Shown one piece after another: positions 10,211 through 20,310 of a DNA stretch of 64,000 nt; positions within the stretch are counted from its first letter, which is position 1; each line of letters begins with the position of its first letter. Source of the DNA: Patescibacteria group bacterium (GTDB taxonomy: Bacteria; Patescibacteriota; Patescibacteriia; Magasanikbacterales; JBBTQS01); the NCBI GenBank assembly GCA_038065555.1, contig JBBTQS010000001.1, forward strand, positions 363,751 to 427,750, written 5' to 3'. The notes beneath the pieces are model-generated. The model was not told where the DNA came from. It saw nothing but the letters and a program-made list of their open reading frames with translations, and ran no database searches. Made by a program: the position numbers and the translations under genes.

Positions 10211-11956
10211 ATGGAGAAAGTCTGGACAGTATCAACGCCTCCTGCGGCGACTGATACAACTGATGGATATCTCGCAACGCTGCACCCCTTGGTGCAGCAG
10301 TTGCTTCGTAGCCGAGGAATGCACACCGCTGAGTCAGCCGAGAAATTTCTCACACCGCGATACGACCGTGATGTGCACAATCCATTTCTCTTTCGTGACA
10401 TGCGCCGCGCAGTGGATCGCGTGTGGCTGGCTATCGCATCCCAAGATCTCATCATTGTGCATGGTGACTATGATGCTGATGGTGTGTGCGGTGCAGCTAT
10501 TCTCTGTACAACTCTGCGCGCATTGGGCGCCAATGTAGAGTCATTTCTCCCCCACCGCGAACACGACGGCTACGGACTCAACAAAAAAACAGTCGACACA
10601 CTCCACGAGCGCGGCGCGCGACTCATCATCACGTGTGACTGCGGAGTGAGCAATGGTGCCGAGATCGCACACGCCAATACCTACGGCATTGATGTCATTA
10701 TCACTGACCATCACCAGGTACCGCCGATTATTCCGGAAGCGTTTGCAATCCTGCATCCCAAGGTTGATGGCGAGACATACCCAGACCAGACACTCTCTGG
10801 TGGTGGTGTGGCATTCAAATTAGCGCAGGGGCTCCTTGCAGAACATCGCGCGCGCGGGAATCAGACTATTGCAGGAATGCCACACGAAGGATTCGAAAAA
10901 TGGCTTCTCGATCTTGTTGCAATCTCGAGTGTGGCAGACATGGTTCCGCTCCTGCATGAGACTCGCGCACTCACACGATTTGGTCTCGTCGTGCTCAACA
11001 AAACACGCCGCATCGGACTCCAAAAACTTCTCGAGACCACCGGACGCAAAGAGCGCACCATGGATACCACGACCATTGGATTCAAGATCGCACCGCGTAT
11101 CAATGCTGCCGGACGCATGGACCATGCAAGTGAAGCGCTCGCGCTGCTCATGAGCGAGACTGAAGAAGAAGCACAGCCCATAGCAGAGCGTATTCATAGC
11201 TACAACACCTTGCGCCAAAAGTTGACTGAGGAGCTGACAAAGCGCGGCCGAGAACTCGTACGAACTACGCACGACACGGAAAACGATCCGATTCTTTTTG
11301 TTCGAGGTGACGGTTGGTCCCCTGGAGTCATCGGTCTCATTGCTAGCCGACTCAAGGACGATTACAACAAGCCAGTCATTGTGTTAGGGCAAGCAGGCGA
11401 TTCCTACGTTGGATCAGGTCGGTCTGTGGAGACATTTCATATTACCAACGCACTCCATGAAGTTGCGCCGTACTTGTTGAAATTCGGCGGGCACCCACAA
11501 GCATGCGGATTTACACTCAAATCGCGCGACGTCTATGACGAATTTTGCGCAGCGCTGACCGAAGTTGCGAAGCGTCGACTCGTGGAGTCGCCGACAGCGC
11601 CACCGATTCTGGAGATCGATGCGGAGCTCAACCTCGACACGATCGATACACGACTCGTGCAGGTGCTGGAGCAGTTCGCGCCATTTGGCATTGGGAACAA
11701 CGAACCAACATTCGTTGCGCGTGGCGTGATTGTGGTAGAGTCACTGGGCATGGGTTCTACACAGAACCACACTCGCCTCACCCTCCAGCAATCTGACCGT
11801 GGCCGCCCTATGAAATTTGTGGCTTTTTTCTCCAAACTGTGGCAACGTGTGGAGCGAGGAATGCGTGTAGACGTCGTATTCCAGCTCGGCACCAACGAAT
11901 GGAACGGCCGGCAAGAAATTGAATGCAAAATAATTGATCTCAAGCCTCTCGTATGA
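10211..11956 (+). CDS. recJ: Single-stranded-DNA-specific exonuclease RecJ
   Basis: DHH motifs (IVHGDYDADGVCG, ITDHH) and a DHHA1 C-terminal region. AGGAG RBS 3 nt upstream of the ATG. Confidence 0.9.
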   Translation: MEKVWTVSTPPAATDTTDGYLATLHPLVQQLLRSRGMHTAESAEKFLTPRYDRDVHNPFLFRDMRRAVDRVWLAIASQDLIIVHGDYDADGVCGAAILCTTLRALGANVESFLPHREHDGYGLNKKTVDTLHERGARLIITCDCGVSNGAEIAHANTYGIDVIITDHHQVPPIIPEAFAILHPKVDGETYPDQTLSGGGVAFKLAQGLLAEHRARGNQTIAGMPHEGFEKWLLDLVAISSVADMVPLLHETRALTRFGLVVLNKTRRIGLQKLLETTGRKERTMDTTTIGFKIAPRINAAGRMDHASEALALLMSETEEEAQPIAERIHSYNTLRQKLTEELTKRGRELVRTTHDTENDPILFVRGDGWSPGVIGLIASRLKDDYNKPVIVLGQAGDSYVGSGRSVETFHITNALHEVAPYLLKFGGHPQACGFTLKSRDVYDEFCAALTEVAKRRLVESPTAPPILEIDAELNLDTIDTRLVQVLEQFAPFGIGNNEPTFVARGVIVVESLGMGSTQNHTRLTLQQSDRGRPMKFVAFFSKLWQRVERGMRVDVVFQLGTNEWNGRQEIECKIIDLKPLV

Positions 11957-12363
11957 AACTCATCAGCTACACCGACGGCGGCGCACGCAACAACCCAGGA
12001 CCAGCAGCCTCTGGCATAGTCATTCTCACAGAATCTGGCGACGTTGTTGCAGGATTTGGACGATGGTTGGGATCTCAGACCAACAACTACGCCGAATACA
12101 TGGCACTCGTCTTCGCACTCGAACGCGCACTTGAGCTTGGCGCAGACGAACTCGAATGTCGCATGGATTCCAAGTTAGTAGCAGAACAAATGTCAGGCAA
12201 CTGGCGCGTGAAGGATCCAGGATTGCAAGTGTTGTTTCTCAAGGCGATCAAACTCGTCAAAGAATTCAAAAAAGTGAAGTTCGTGCATGTGCGTCGCGAG
12301 TATAACAAGGAGGCTGACGCGTGGGTGAACAGAGCGTTGGACGTGCAGCACGACGTGTCGTAA
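11953..12363 (+). CDS. rnhA: Ribonuclease HI
   Basis: YTDGGARNNPGPAASGIV...NNYAEYMAL...DSKLV are RNase H catalytic-core motifs. The start overlaps the recJ stop (ATGA). Confidence 0.8.
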   Translation: MKLISYTDGGARNNPGPAASGIVILTESGDVVAGFGRWLGSQTNNYAEYMALVFALERALELGADELECRMDSKLVAEQMSGNWRVKDPGLQVLFLKAIKLVKEFKKVKFVHVRREYNKEADAWVNRALDVQHDVS

Positions 12364-12375
12364 CTACAACAAAAA

Positions 12376-12444
12376 GCAAAAGGAGTTCATTTTCAAGTCC
12401 TCCCCGTTAACTGAGGTCCGGGCTTGAAAATGAACTCCTTTTGC
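12376..12444. terminator. Bidirectional rho-independent terminator (22-bp perfect stem)
   Basis: GCAAAAGGAGTTCATTTTCAAG...CTTGAAAATGAACTCCTTTTGC with a 25-nt loop, T-runs on both sides. It lies between convergent rnhA (+) and the 12472-13050 gene (-). Confidence 0.7.
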
Positions 12445-12471
12445 TTTCTCTCGCAGCCACGCTACACCGCG

Positions 12472-13050
12472 CTACTCGTCGAAATCTTCTACGCCCATGC
12501 GTCGGCCTCCGCCGCCGCCTCGATTATTTTGGAGAACAATCATGGCTACGATTGGTGCGATGAGCCATACGAATCGGCCGATATCAGACAGAAATACTTG
12601 TTGTGTCATTGGCGCAAGGAGCGCAATGCTCGTGAGCGGTAGGAATGACAAGACGATGCTGATGAGCAGTCCAACGTGCAGTACGCTATAGATCGATACT
12701 TGGAGCCAATTGCCATTGCGTGGGTTGGCACGCGAAAGCGCGTCTGAGAGTGCACTGCGGGAAAGTAAGAAAAAGAAGATCACGAATGATCCAACGAACA
12801 CGGTGAATTTGGCGCCAAATCCTTGGACGTCTACTTGTGCTGTGATCGTGCGCAGAAATGGTGTATTCCCTACAATAGCCAGCGCCATGTAGAGCCCCAC
12901 CATGATCACGATGATACGGTCGCGCCCGAGCGACACACCGTACAAGAACGACGCAACAATGAAAAAAATCCAAATGAAAAGATCCCACGTTGGCGAGGTC
13001 CAGTTGATCGAATGAGCGAAATTGGTCACGCTTCCCAAGAAGCTGGACAT
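12472..13050 (-). CDS. Hypothetical polytopic membrane protein
   Basis: 192-aa ORF with four or more hydrophobic helices and a Gly/Arg-rich C-terminus (RGGGGGRRMGVEDFDE). Confidence 0.55.
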   Translation of the reverse strand: MSSFLGSVTNFAHSINWTSPTWDLFIWIFFIVASFLYGVSLGRDRIIVIMVGLYMALAIVGNTPFLRTITAQVDVQGFGAKFTVFVGSFVIFFFLLSRSALSDALSRANPRNGNWLQVSIYSVLHVGLLISIVLSFLPLTSIALLAPMTQQVFLSDIGRFVWLIAPIVAMIVLQNNRGGGGGRRMGVEDFDE

Positions 13051-13106
13051 AGTTGAGTAGATCGATTATACCATATGCAGTTACGCGGACCAACCTGCGT
13101 ACATGA

Positions 13107-13946
13107 TTGGAGGGATGCACCGTGCGATCTGAACACGTCGAGGCACTTCGTTCCTACATCGACAACCTCGGCAGACTAAGTTCTGTGCTGTCGAAGACTA
13201 TTGTTCTTTTGTTCTCCATTCTGCCGGTCGTGCTTACACACAATCTCATTCGTGAAGCACAGTCGATCGAATACGCGATTACGCAGACTACTCTCTACGC
13301 GTTTCTCATCGTGCTCGTGTGCAGAAAGACACGAGATGCATTTCTACACATCTACTGCCACGATAAGTACGTAACACCAGAGCTACTTGTGCAGGAAGTT
13401 GTGAAACAACTGCAAGCTGCACCATGCGCCGAAGAAGACAGACTGCGTAGTACACTGCTCATCCATCAACAATGGCGCAGCCTAGACACCGCACCTTCTG
13501 TCTGGCTGAGCTACGGCCACCGATTGATGTCTGGCGGGTTGATGTTAGCCTTGTTTGTAGCTCCACTTGTACGACCATTTGCTGCAAGTGCTCACCGCGT
13601 ACCATTTGGTGACCCTGCAGCTCCGTGGAGTTCCTACGTAGTAATTGGACTCATCTACGTCATAGCAATGCGCATCACATGGGTAACCACAGTCGTCACA
13701 ACACGCACACAGCGCGATGCGTGGGAAAAGGAGTCTGACAGGTCGATCCTATACACTCCACCCTATCAACTCTTAGACCGTACGCTCCCCACATCTCGCG
13801 TCGATCAATTGTGGATTCGGATCACGAGCAACGGAACAATATCCCTCTTCAACGAACGTCCCACCACAACTCGTGCATCTGGGGCAACCCGAAAAGGGCA
13901 TCTGCGCATCGTACGAACGAACACAGGCGACTCTGATTCGCCGTGA
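13107..13946 (+). CDS. Hypothetical membrane protein
   Basis: 279-aa ORF divergent from the previous gene, with several hydrophobic segments. No recognisable motif. Confidence 0.5.
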   Translation: MEGCTVRSEHVEALRSYIDNLGRLSSVLSKTIVLLFSILPVVLTHNLIREAQSIEYAITQTTLYAFLIVLVCRKTRDAFLHIYCHDKYVTPELLVQEVVKQLQAAPCAEEDRLRSTLLIHQQWRSLDTAPSVWLSYGHRLMSGGLMLALFVAPLVRPFAASAHRVPFGDPAAPWSSYVVIGLIYVIAMRITWVTTVVTTRTQRDAWEKESDRSILYTPPYQLLDRTLPTSRVDQLWIRITSNGTISLFNERPTTTRASGATRKGHLRIVRTNTGDSDSP

Positions 13947-14089
13947 TCCAACAACACTCCGACATACATCTGCCGCTTCTGGGAATTCCCTGAGCGGCAG
14001 CGCTGTTATTATGTGTCATATTGTAGCATTCATGACGATGTGTTAGGGTGCAAACGACTCTGACACAGCCGTCAGAATGAGGAGAATTC

Positions 14090-14695
14090 ATGGAAGACAC
14101 CGATCCTCAGATCGTTGCTGACCACCTCGTGGCAAGCAACAACTTCGGCAAGGCAACGTACGACAGGACGTTGCGCTACGCAGACGGATACGAAGAGGTA
14201 CACCAAGTCACATCGATCGGACCGTCTGTCACCATCTTCGGGATGGTGGAAGATGACCCCGACAGCGTGATCAAGGTGATCATCGTGAAGGAGTACAAGG
14301 AAGGAATCGGCCGTCGGCATCTCGCATGCCCTGGAGCACGCATCAGCACCATAGAAGATGCAATCGACGCCGCGACACGACGCCTGCTCCAAGAGACCGG
14401 GTACGCACCTCGCCCACCATCGCCGCACCACCCCGCAGCCATTCCACTGGGCAAAGGTCCGTACATGGCTCGCAGCGCAATCGACGAAGTCGACATCGTC
14501 ATTCTGCGCAACTGCCACAAAGTTGCAGAACCGCAGCTCCGGCCGAGAGAATCCGTCATGGTGTTCCATTACGACCTCGTGACGCTACTCAACCTCATAC
14601 GCTGCAACGAAATCTCTGACGTGCACGCAGGCAACGCAACGCTTCGCGCATTGCTACACCTCGGATGGTTCACACTGCAACTGCCGAGCAAGTGA
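14090..14695 (+). CDS. Nudix-family hydrolase-like protein
   Basis: The segment PGARISTIEDAIDAATRRLLQETGY fits a degenerate Nudix box (E-x7-RR-L-x-QE-x-GY). Confidence 0.5.
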   Translation: MEDTDPQIVADHLVASNNFGKATYDRTLRYADGYEEVHQVTSIGPSVTIFGMVEDDPDSVIKVIIVKEYKEGIGRRHLACPGARISTIEDAIDAATRRLLQETGYAPRPPSPHHPAAIPLGKGPYMARSAIDEVDIVILRNCHKVAEPQLRPRESVMVFHYDLVTLLNLIRCNEISDVHAGNATLRALLHLGWFTLQLPSK

Positions 14696-14732
14696 CGCCC
14701 TGCACACGCGTAACAGCAAACCGACAACACGA

Positions 14733-14760
14733 ACGCCCACATCCAGACGGAGGTGGGCGT
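14733..14760. terminator. Bidirectional terminator hairpin between the Nudix gene and dnaJ
   Basis: ACGCCCAC-(12 nt)-GTGGGCGT with T-rich flanks on both strands, between convergent genes. Confidence 0.55.
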
Positions 14761-14778
14761 CGTCATTTCTATATTGTC

Positions 14779-15846
14779 TTACGACTCTAATTCGCGTTCT
14801 AGCTCCTCGAGCAACTTGCGAGCTTTGCGACTCACGCGCTTGGGGACATTTACCTCTACTCGGACGAAGAGATCACCGCGCCCTGCAACACCTTTACCAC
14901 GAACACGGAACGTGGTGCCTGATTGTGTGGCGTCTGGGATTTTGAGCTTCACTTCTTCATCTACGATTTGGATCTGCGCTGTTGTGCCGTTGACGAGTGA
15001 CGAGAATGGGAGAAAGTACGTGACGTGGAGATCCATGCCATCACGTGTAATGCGCTCGTCGCGCTCGACGTGGATACGAACGTAGAGATCTCCTGCAGCA
15101 CCGTGCTGTGTCGATGCTTCGCCTTTGCCAGTGAACCTCATGGTGTCGCCATTATTGACGCCACCTGGAATCTTCACAGTAATCTCTGTCTCTTTGCGCT
15201 CGACACCTGTGCCGCGACAGGTGTGACACTTCTTCTCGGGAATGCGACCAGAACCATGACAATCAGTACACGTTGCTCGTGTTTGCATTGCACCGAGAAT
15301 CGTGCGCTGCACCTGTGTGATCTGACCAGAACCGCTACACGTCTTACATGTCACCACAGATGATCCTGGCTCAGCACCAGAACCACTACACGTGTCGCAT
15401 GACTCTCCTTTGCGCAATCGGATCACACGCTCGAGCCCACGAATAGACTCAGCAAATGTGAGCGTGACGTCCACTGCAATATCATCACCTCGCGCAGGTC
15501 CACGCTGACGACCGCCGCCGAAGAAATCACCAAAGCCACCAAACATCTCACCCAGATCTTCGAAGTTCACGTTAAATCCTCCAGGTCCTCCGCCGAAGCC
15601 ACCAAATCCCCCTGCACCACCTGGCGCCGAACCATCAAAAGCACCTGATCCAAACTGATCATATTGCGCCCGCTTCTGCTTGTCGGAGAGCACTTGGTAC
15701 GCTTCGTTGATTTCCTTGAACTTATCCTCAGAACCACCCTGCTTGTCGGGGTGGTACTGATGTGCGAGTCGGCGGTAGGCTTTTTTGAGCTCGTCTTCAG
15801 ACGCACTCTTGTCTACGCCGAGTGTTTTGTAGAAGTCTTTGCTCAT
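14779..15846 (-). CDS. dnaJ: Chaperone DnaJ
   Basis: J-domain (DFYKTLGV...HPDK), a G/F-rich region, and a CxxCxGxG zinc-finger repeat (CDTCSGSG, CKTCSGSG, CTDCHGSG, CHTCRGTG). Confidence 0.95.
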   Translation of the reverse strand: MSKDFYKTLGVDKSASEDELKKAYRRLAHQYHPDKQGGSEDKFKEINEAYQVLSDKQKRAQYDQFGSGAFDGSAPGGAGGFGGFGGGPGGFNVNFEDLGEMFGGFGDFFGGGRQRGPARGDDIAVDVTLTFAESIRGLERVIRLRKGESCDTCSGSGAEPGSSVVTCKTCSGSGQITQVQRTILGAMQTRATCTDCHGSGRIPEKKCHTCRGTGVERKETEITVKIPGGVNNGDTMRFTGKGEASTQHGAAGDLYVRIHVERDERITRDGMDLHVTYFLPFSSLVNGTTAQIQIVDEEVKLKIPDATQSGTTFRVRGKGVAGRGDLFVRVEVNVPKRVSRKARKLLEELERELES

Positions 15847-17784
15847 TTATTTCTGGTCGTTCACGACTTCACCTTCGATTGGACCTTCGTCCTTCTTTGG
15901 CTCGTTGGTGTTGCTTGATGCATCAGCTCCTGGTTGAGCTGCACCGGATTTTTGCTCGTGCTGATACATTGCGGCACCGACTTTTTGCGCTGCATCGGAG
16001 AGCGCGTCGCCTGCTGCCTTGATCTCTTCGAGATTGTCGCCGTCTTTGACGTTCTTCACGGCCTGGATCTTGTCGAGGACTGACTGGCGATCAGCTTCGA
16101 CGATCTCAATCTTCTTCTCTGCTGCTTCCTTGAGCATCTTCTCCGAAGTATAAATCAACGTGTCAGCAATGTTGCGAACTTCGATGAGCTCACGCTTCTT
16201 CTTGTCTGCTTCGGCATTGGTCTCGCCTTCGCGCTTCATGCGTTCGATTTCTTCCTTCGAGAGACCGCTGGATGCCTCAATGCGCACCGACTGCTCCTTG
16301 CCTGTTGCTTTGTCCTTCGCGCGCACCTGGAGAATTCCGTTGGCGTCGATGTCAAAGACTACTTCAACCTGTGGAGTGCCACGTGGTGCTGGTGGAATAC
16401 CATCGAGGATGAATTTGCCGAGTGTCTTGTTGTCTGCTGCCATTTCACGCTCACCTTGCACCACATGAATCTCTACTGATGGCTGACTATCTGCTGCGGT
16501 GGAGAATACCTGCGCTTTGCTCGTTGGAATCGTGGTATTGCGCTCGATGAGCTTGGTCATCACGCCGCCGAGTGTCTCGATGCCAAGAGAGAGTGGAGTG
16601 ACATCAAGGAGCAAAATATCCTTGCCCAAATCACCCTGCAACTGTCCTGCCTGAATCGCAGCACCAACTGCAACCACTTCATCTGGATTCACACCCATGT
16701 GCGGCTTCTTGCCGAAGAACTGCTCTACGATCTTTTGCACAAGCGGCATGCGAGTCATTCCACCAACGAGTACTACTTCATGGAGATCGCTATTGGTGAG
16801 TTTGGCATCTGCAAGCGCTTTGCGGCATGGCTCGAGTGATTTCTCTACAAGATCCTGCACAAGATCTTCGAGTTTTGCACGCGAGAGCTTCAATACCAAA
16901 TGCTTTGGACCTGACGCATCGCTCGTGATAAACGGCTGATTGATTTCGGACTCTTGTGATGTGGAGAGCTCGATCTTCGCCTTCTCCGCAGCTTCCTTGA
17001 TGCGCTGAAGTGCGAGTGGATCACGAGAGAGATCAATCCCTTGATCCTTCTTGAACTCTGTGAGAATCCACTCGATGATGCGCTGGTCGAAGTCATCACC
17101 ACCCAAGTGCGTATCACCGTTGGTTGCCTTGACTTCAACGGTGTTCTGATTGGACTCTGCGTCGTGCGCAACTTCAAGAATCGACACATCAAATGTACCA
17201 CCACCAAGGTCATACACTGCGATCTTCTGATCCTTCGTCTTGTCGAATCCGTATGCAAACGCTGCTGCTGTTGGCTCGTTGATAACGCGCAACACCTTGA
17301 GTCCGGCGATTTCGCCTGCATCCTTGGTTGCCTGGCGCTGTGTGTTGTCGAAATATGCTGGAACCGTGATTACTGCTTCGGTAATCTTCTCGCCGAGACG
17401 CTCTTCAGCATCTGCTTTGAGCTTCGCAAGAATCATTGCGGAGATTTCTTGTGGTGTGTACTCCTTGTCACCGAGCACTGCCTTCACGCCATCTCCAGCC
17501 TTCACGATCTTGTATGGCATGTTCTTGATTGCACGCTGCACTTCTACATCTTCGTATCGACGACCAATGAGACGCTTGATCGAGTAGAGTGTGTGCTCTG
17601 GGTTAGTCACAGACTGACGCTTCGCGAGCAATCCTACTTGGCGCTCCCCTGTCTTTGTGACAGCAACAACCGAAGGTGTGGTGCGCGCACCTTCGCGATT
17701 TTCAATAATTTTTGGGCTACCACCCTCCATGATCGCAACTGCGGAGTTGGTAGTACCGAGGTCAATACCGAGAATTTTTGCCAT
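15847..17784 (-). CDS. dnaK: Chaperone DnaK (Hsp70)
   Basis: [34 protein letters not shown] and the Hsp70 signatures, 645 aa. Confidence 0.97.
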   Translation of the reverse strand: MAKILGIDLGTTNSAVAIMEGGSPKIIENREGARTTPSVVAVTKTGERQVGLLAKRQSVTNPEHTLYSIKRLIGRRYEDVEVQRAIKNMPYKIVKAGDGVKAVLGDKEYTPQEISAMILAKLKADAEERLGEKITEAVITVPAYFDNTQRQATKDAGEIAGLKVLRVINEPTAAAFAYGFDKTKDQKIAVYDLGGGTFDVSILEVAHDAESNQNTVEVKATNGDTHLGGDDFDQRIIEWILTEFKKDQGIDLSRDPLALQRIKEAAEKAKIELSTSQESEINQPFITSDASGPKHLVLKLSRAKLEDLVQDLVEKSLEPCRKALADAKLTNSDLHEVVLVGGMTRMPLVQKIVEQFFGKKPHMGVNPDEVVAVGAAIQAGQLQGDLGKDILLLDVTPLSLGIETLGGVMTKLIERNTTIPTSKAQVFSTAADSQPSVEIHVVQGEREMAADNKTLGKFILDGIPPAPRGTPQVEVVFDIDANGILQVRAKDKATGKEQSVRIEASSGLSKEEIERMKREGETNAEADKKKRELIEVRNIADTLIYTSEKMLKEAAEKKIEIVEADRQSVLDKIQAVKNVKDGDNLEEIKAAGDALSDAAQKVGAAMYQHEQKSGAAQPGADASSNTNEPKKDEGPIEGEVVNDQK

Positions 17785-17785
17785 A

Positions 17786-18214
17786 CTAGTTTTTCTTAAT
17801 TTCTACTTCGATTGTCTTAGTTTTTTTGTCGTCCATCTTGGGAGCAGTGATCTTGAGAACACCATTTTCGTATTCTGCTTTTACTGCTTCGGCGTCTACC
17901 TTGCCTGGCAAGTGGAGTGCGCGGCTGAATGATCCCGAACGAACTTCCTTGCGATAGTAGTTCTTCTCATCAACCTCGCGTTCGCGACGCGTCTCACCAC
18001 TGATGATGAGCATATCGCCCTCCACGCGAACTGACACATCCTTGGGCTCAATACCCGCAAGTGGAGTCTCGACGACCACCGCATCCTTCGTCTCATACAT
18101 ATCGACTGCTGGAATGAAGCTGCGTCCGCCAGCTGTTGCTGGCAAAAACGTGTTCATGAGTTCATCCATCTCCTGGAACGGATCAATGCGTGGCGACCAT
18201 TTGATAAGTGACAT
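17786..18214 (-). CDS. Small heat-shock protein (Hsp20, alpha-crystallin family)
   Basis: The ORF-track N-terminal extension runs into grpE, so I trimmed it to the ATG at 18212-18214 ([13 protein letters not shown]...). An alpha-crystallin-like domain ([40 protein letters not shown]...[10 protein letters not shown]) is present. Confidence 0.85.
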   Translation of the reverse strand: MSLIKWSPRIDPFQEMDELMNTFLPATAGGRSFIPAVDMYETKDAVVVETPLAGIEPKDVSVRVEGDMLIISGETRREREVDEKNYYRKEVRSGSFSRALHLPGKVDAEAVKAEYENGVLKITAPKMDDKKTKTIEVEIKKN

Positions 18215-18231
18215 ATGAGATTGGTTAGGAA

Positions 18232-18720
18232 TTATGTGGTTTGCTTCACAACCATGACCTTGGCAACACGTACGACGGTCTCGCCAATGCGGTACCCAGG
18301 CTGCACGCACCGTGCGATCGTATCCTCTGCCGCACCTTCCTTGGGCTCGCTTCCAATGACTTCGTGGAGTCGAGTGTCGACAGCGCCTGTGCATGGAATC
18401 TCTTCGAGTCCCAATTCTCGCAACGCCGCAGCGAACTGATTCTTGATGTGCTCGATCCCTGTGATCCACTGCTGCACTTGCTCGGGAGACTCGCTCGGCG
18501 CATGCGCAAATGCCATCAGGAAATTATCATAGACTGGGAGAAACGTTGCAGCAGCAGTGTAGATACTACTCACGCGCATTTGCGAACGCTCGCGCAAGAG
18601 ATCTTTTTGGAGATTCTCGTAATCTGCAACTGCTCGCTTCCATTGTGCGAGATAGGACTCGCACTGATGCGGCACTGATTCTGCCGCAGCGTCATTTGAA
18701 ATGTCTTTGTGATCTTCCAT
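18232..18720 (-). CDS. grpE: Nucleotide exchange factor GrpE
   Basis: Trimmed to the ATG at 18718-18720 (MEDHKDIS...). The GrpE C-terminal region (RYQPGYRIGETVVRVAKVMVVK-like, beta-sheet domain) is present. Confidence 0.85.
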   Translation of the reverse strand: MEDHKDISNDAAAESVPHQCESYLAQWKRAVADYENLQKDLLRERSQMRVSSIYTAAATFLPVYDNFLMAFAHAPSESPEQVQQWITGIEHIKNQFAAALRELGLEEIPCTGAVDTRLHEVIGSEPKEGAAEDTIARCVQPGYRIGETVVRVAKVMVVKQTT

Positions 18721-18724
18721 AGTG

Positions 18725-19429
18725 TTATGCAATACAATGTGTTTCGAGATAGGTCTTGGCTGCACGCATGGCGCCGATGGATGTGTTGTAATCCATACGC
18801 ATCGGTCCGATGATTCCCATGAGACTCTTCGTGTTCCCTTCCCACGCAAATGGGACGAACATGATGGTGCACGAGTCACCAAACGGATTGCCTGGGCCAA
18901 TATGCATATGCATATCCTTGTCCCCGATGAGACGGTAGAGATCTGGCGCAATGTCATCAAATCGATCGAGCAACGCCGTAACATTTTGCACCGTGCCCAT
19001 TTCTGCAAATTCAGGTTGACTGAATAAGTGCGTGAGACCGGTGTAGTATGTCTGCTCTCGCGAGAGCACAAGGAACACAGCAGCATTGAGCGCTTCTGCC
19101 TGTTGCTTTGCAATATGTTTGATGGCGCGCGCGATATCTGTTACATCTGGCTGCTCAGACAATGCTGCAAAGAACGATTCAGGAACGGTTGGCTGCAGGA
19201 AATGCTCGACATACTTGCGGTATGCACGCGCAGTAGGAATGCGACCCGCACTCGTATGCGGCGAGATCACATAGCCTTCTTCTTCCAACTCCTTGAGGTC
19301 ATTGCGCACCGTTGCTGAGCTTACCGAAAGGTCGAGGAACGTAAGGAGCGCCTGGGAGCCAACTGGCTCAGCAGACGTAACGTACAAATCCACGATTCCT
19401 TTGAGTAATTCCTCTTTGCGGTCTGGCAT
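18725..19429 (-). CDS. hrcA: Heat-inducible transcription repressor HrcA
   Basis: VGSQALLTFLDLSVSSATVRNDLKELEEEGYVISPHTSAGRIPT is the HrcA winged-helix signature. The start is probably the ATG at 19429 rather than the TTG at 19444. Confidence 0.88.
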   Translation of the reverse strand: MPDRKEELLKGIVDLYVTSAEPVGSQALLTFLDLSVSSATVRNDLKELEEEGYVISPHTSAGRIPTARAYRKYVEHFLQPTVPESFFAALSEQPDVTDIARAIKHIAKQQAEALNAAVFLVLSREQTYYTGLTHLFSQPEFAEMGTVQNVTALLDRFDDIAPDLYRLIGDKDMHMHIGPGNPFGDSCTIMFVPFAWEGNTKSLMGIIGPMRMDYNTSIGAMRAAKTYLETHCIA

Positions 19430-19456
19430 AGGGCTTGCCCCCAATATAACGCAAGA

Positions 19457-19483
19457 TTAGCACTCATGTCAAGAGAGTGCTAA
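19457..19483 (-). promoter_or_regulatory. CIRCE operator (HrcA binding site) upstream of hrcA-grpE-hsp20-dnaK-dnaJ
   Basis: TTAGCACTC-ATGTCAAGA-GAGTGCTAA is a perfect match to the CIRCE consensus TTAGCACTC-N9-GAGTGCTAA, about 28 nt upstream of the hrcA ATG. Confidence 0.92.
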
Positions 19484-19503
19484 TCACTAAGAAATCCGCG
19501 GAT

Positions 19504-20307
19504 TTAGAAGAGAAAAAGCCAAGCAATCACCCCTGCCAATGCCAGGCGATACCAGATAAAAATCGAGAGACTCTGCTTTGCGAGCACGCGCATCAACCAC
19601 CGAATTACGGCGTACCCGACTACGAACGCGGTCGCGAGACCTACGAGCACTGGAGTAGCAAGGAGGGCTTGCGCTCCAGACTCCTGCGCCACCTGAACTG
19701 CCTTCAATGATCCCGCGCCGAGAAACGCTGGAATACCGAGCAAAAATGCAGTGCGCGCAGCCATGCGTGCGTCAGCTCCCATGCGGATCGCTGCAGCCAT
19801 CGTGATGCCCGAACGTGACACACCTGGGAATAGCGCCATTGCCTGCGCCAATCCAATCCACAACCATTGCTCCAGTCTCCACCGCTCCACTTTCCCGAAC
19901 CGCTGCGCGCGCAATCGCAGATGCGCCATAATGAGCGCGAGTGTTCCCACCGCACTTCCCACAAGCACCATCACCGGTGTACGTGTGAACTGTTCAATCA
20001 CATCATCGAAGAGCAATCCCACAATGACTACAGGAATCGTACCCAATATCATCCCCCACGCTGTGGTCGACTCCTGCGGATATTTGCGAGGATTGAAAAA
20101 CCCTCGAATAATTTCAAGGAGATCATTCCAAAAATACACAACAATGGCGAGCAGCGTACCAAGGTGCAACATGGCATCAAACGCCAACCCCATGTCACTC
20201 CACCCCAACACACGCGGAACCAAAATCAAATGCCCTGAGCTAGAGATTGGCAAAAACTCAGTGATTCCTTGAACAGCACCCAGGACTAACGCTTGTACTG
20301 CTTCCAT
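19504..20307 (-). CDS. uppP: Undecaprenyl-diphosphatase (UppP/BacA)
   Basis: GITEFLPISSSGHLIL and PGVSRSGITMAA are BacA signatures, 267 aa. Confidence 0.92.
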   Translation of the reverse strand: MEAVQALVLGAVQGITEFLPISSSGHLILVPRVLGWSDMGLAFDAMLHLGTLLAIVVYFWNDLLEIIRGFFNPRKYPQESTTAWGMILGTIPVVIVGLLFDDVIEQFTRTPVMVLVGSAVGTLALIMAHLRLRAQRFGKVERWRLEQWLWIGLAQAMALFPGVSRSGITMAAAIRMGADARMAARTAFLLGIPAFLGAGSLKAVQVAQESGAQALLATPVLVGLATAFVVGYAVIRWLMRVLAKQSLSIFIWYRLALAGVIAWLFLF

Positions 20308-20310
20308 ATT

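Noticed and set aside
17041-17799. 252-aa plus-strand ORF inside dnaK, and similar antisense ORFs inside ndh (20348-21298), uvrB (971-1330, 1745-2221), holB and others
   Set aside because: These are antisense to strongly conserved genes. The translations are Cys/Arg-rich with no motifs. They are shadow ORFs.
18215-18469. N-terminal extension of the hsp20 ORF (17786-18469) and of the grpE ORF (18721-19113)
   Set aside because: The extensions overlap the upstream genes out of frame and are Arg/Cys-rich. Conserved family N-termini ([19 protein letters not shown]) begin at internal ATGs positioned just after the upstream stop.
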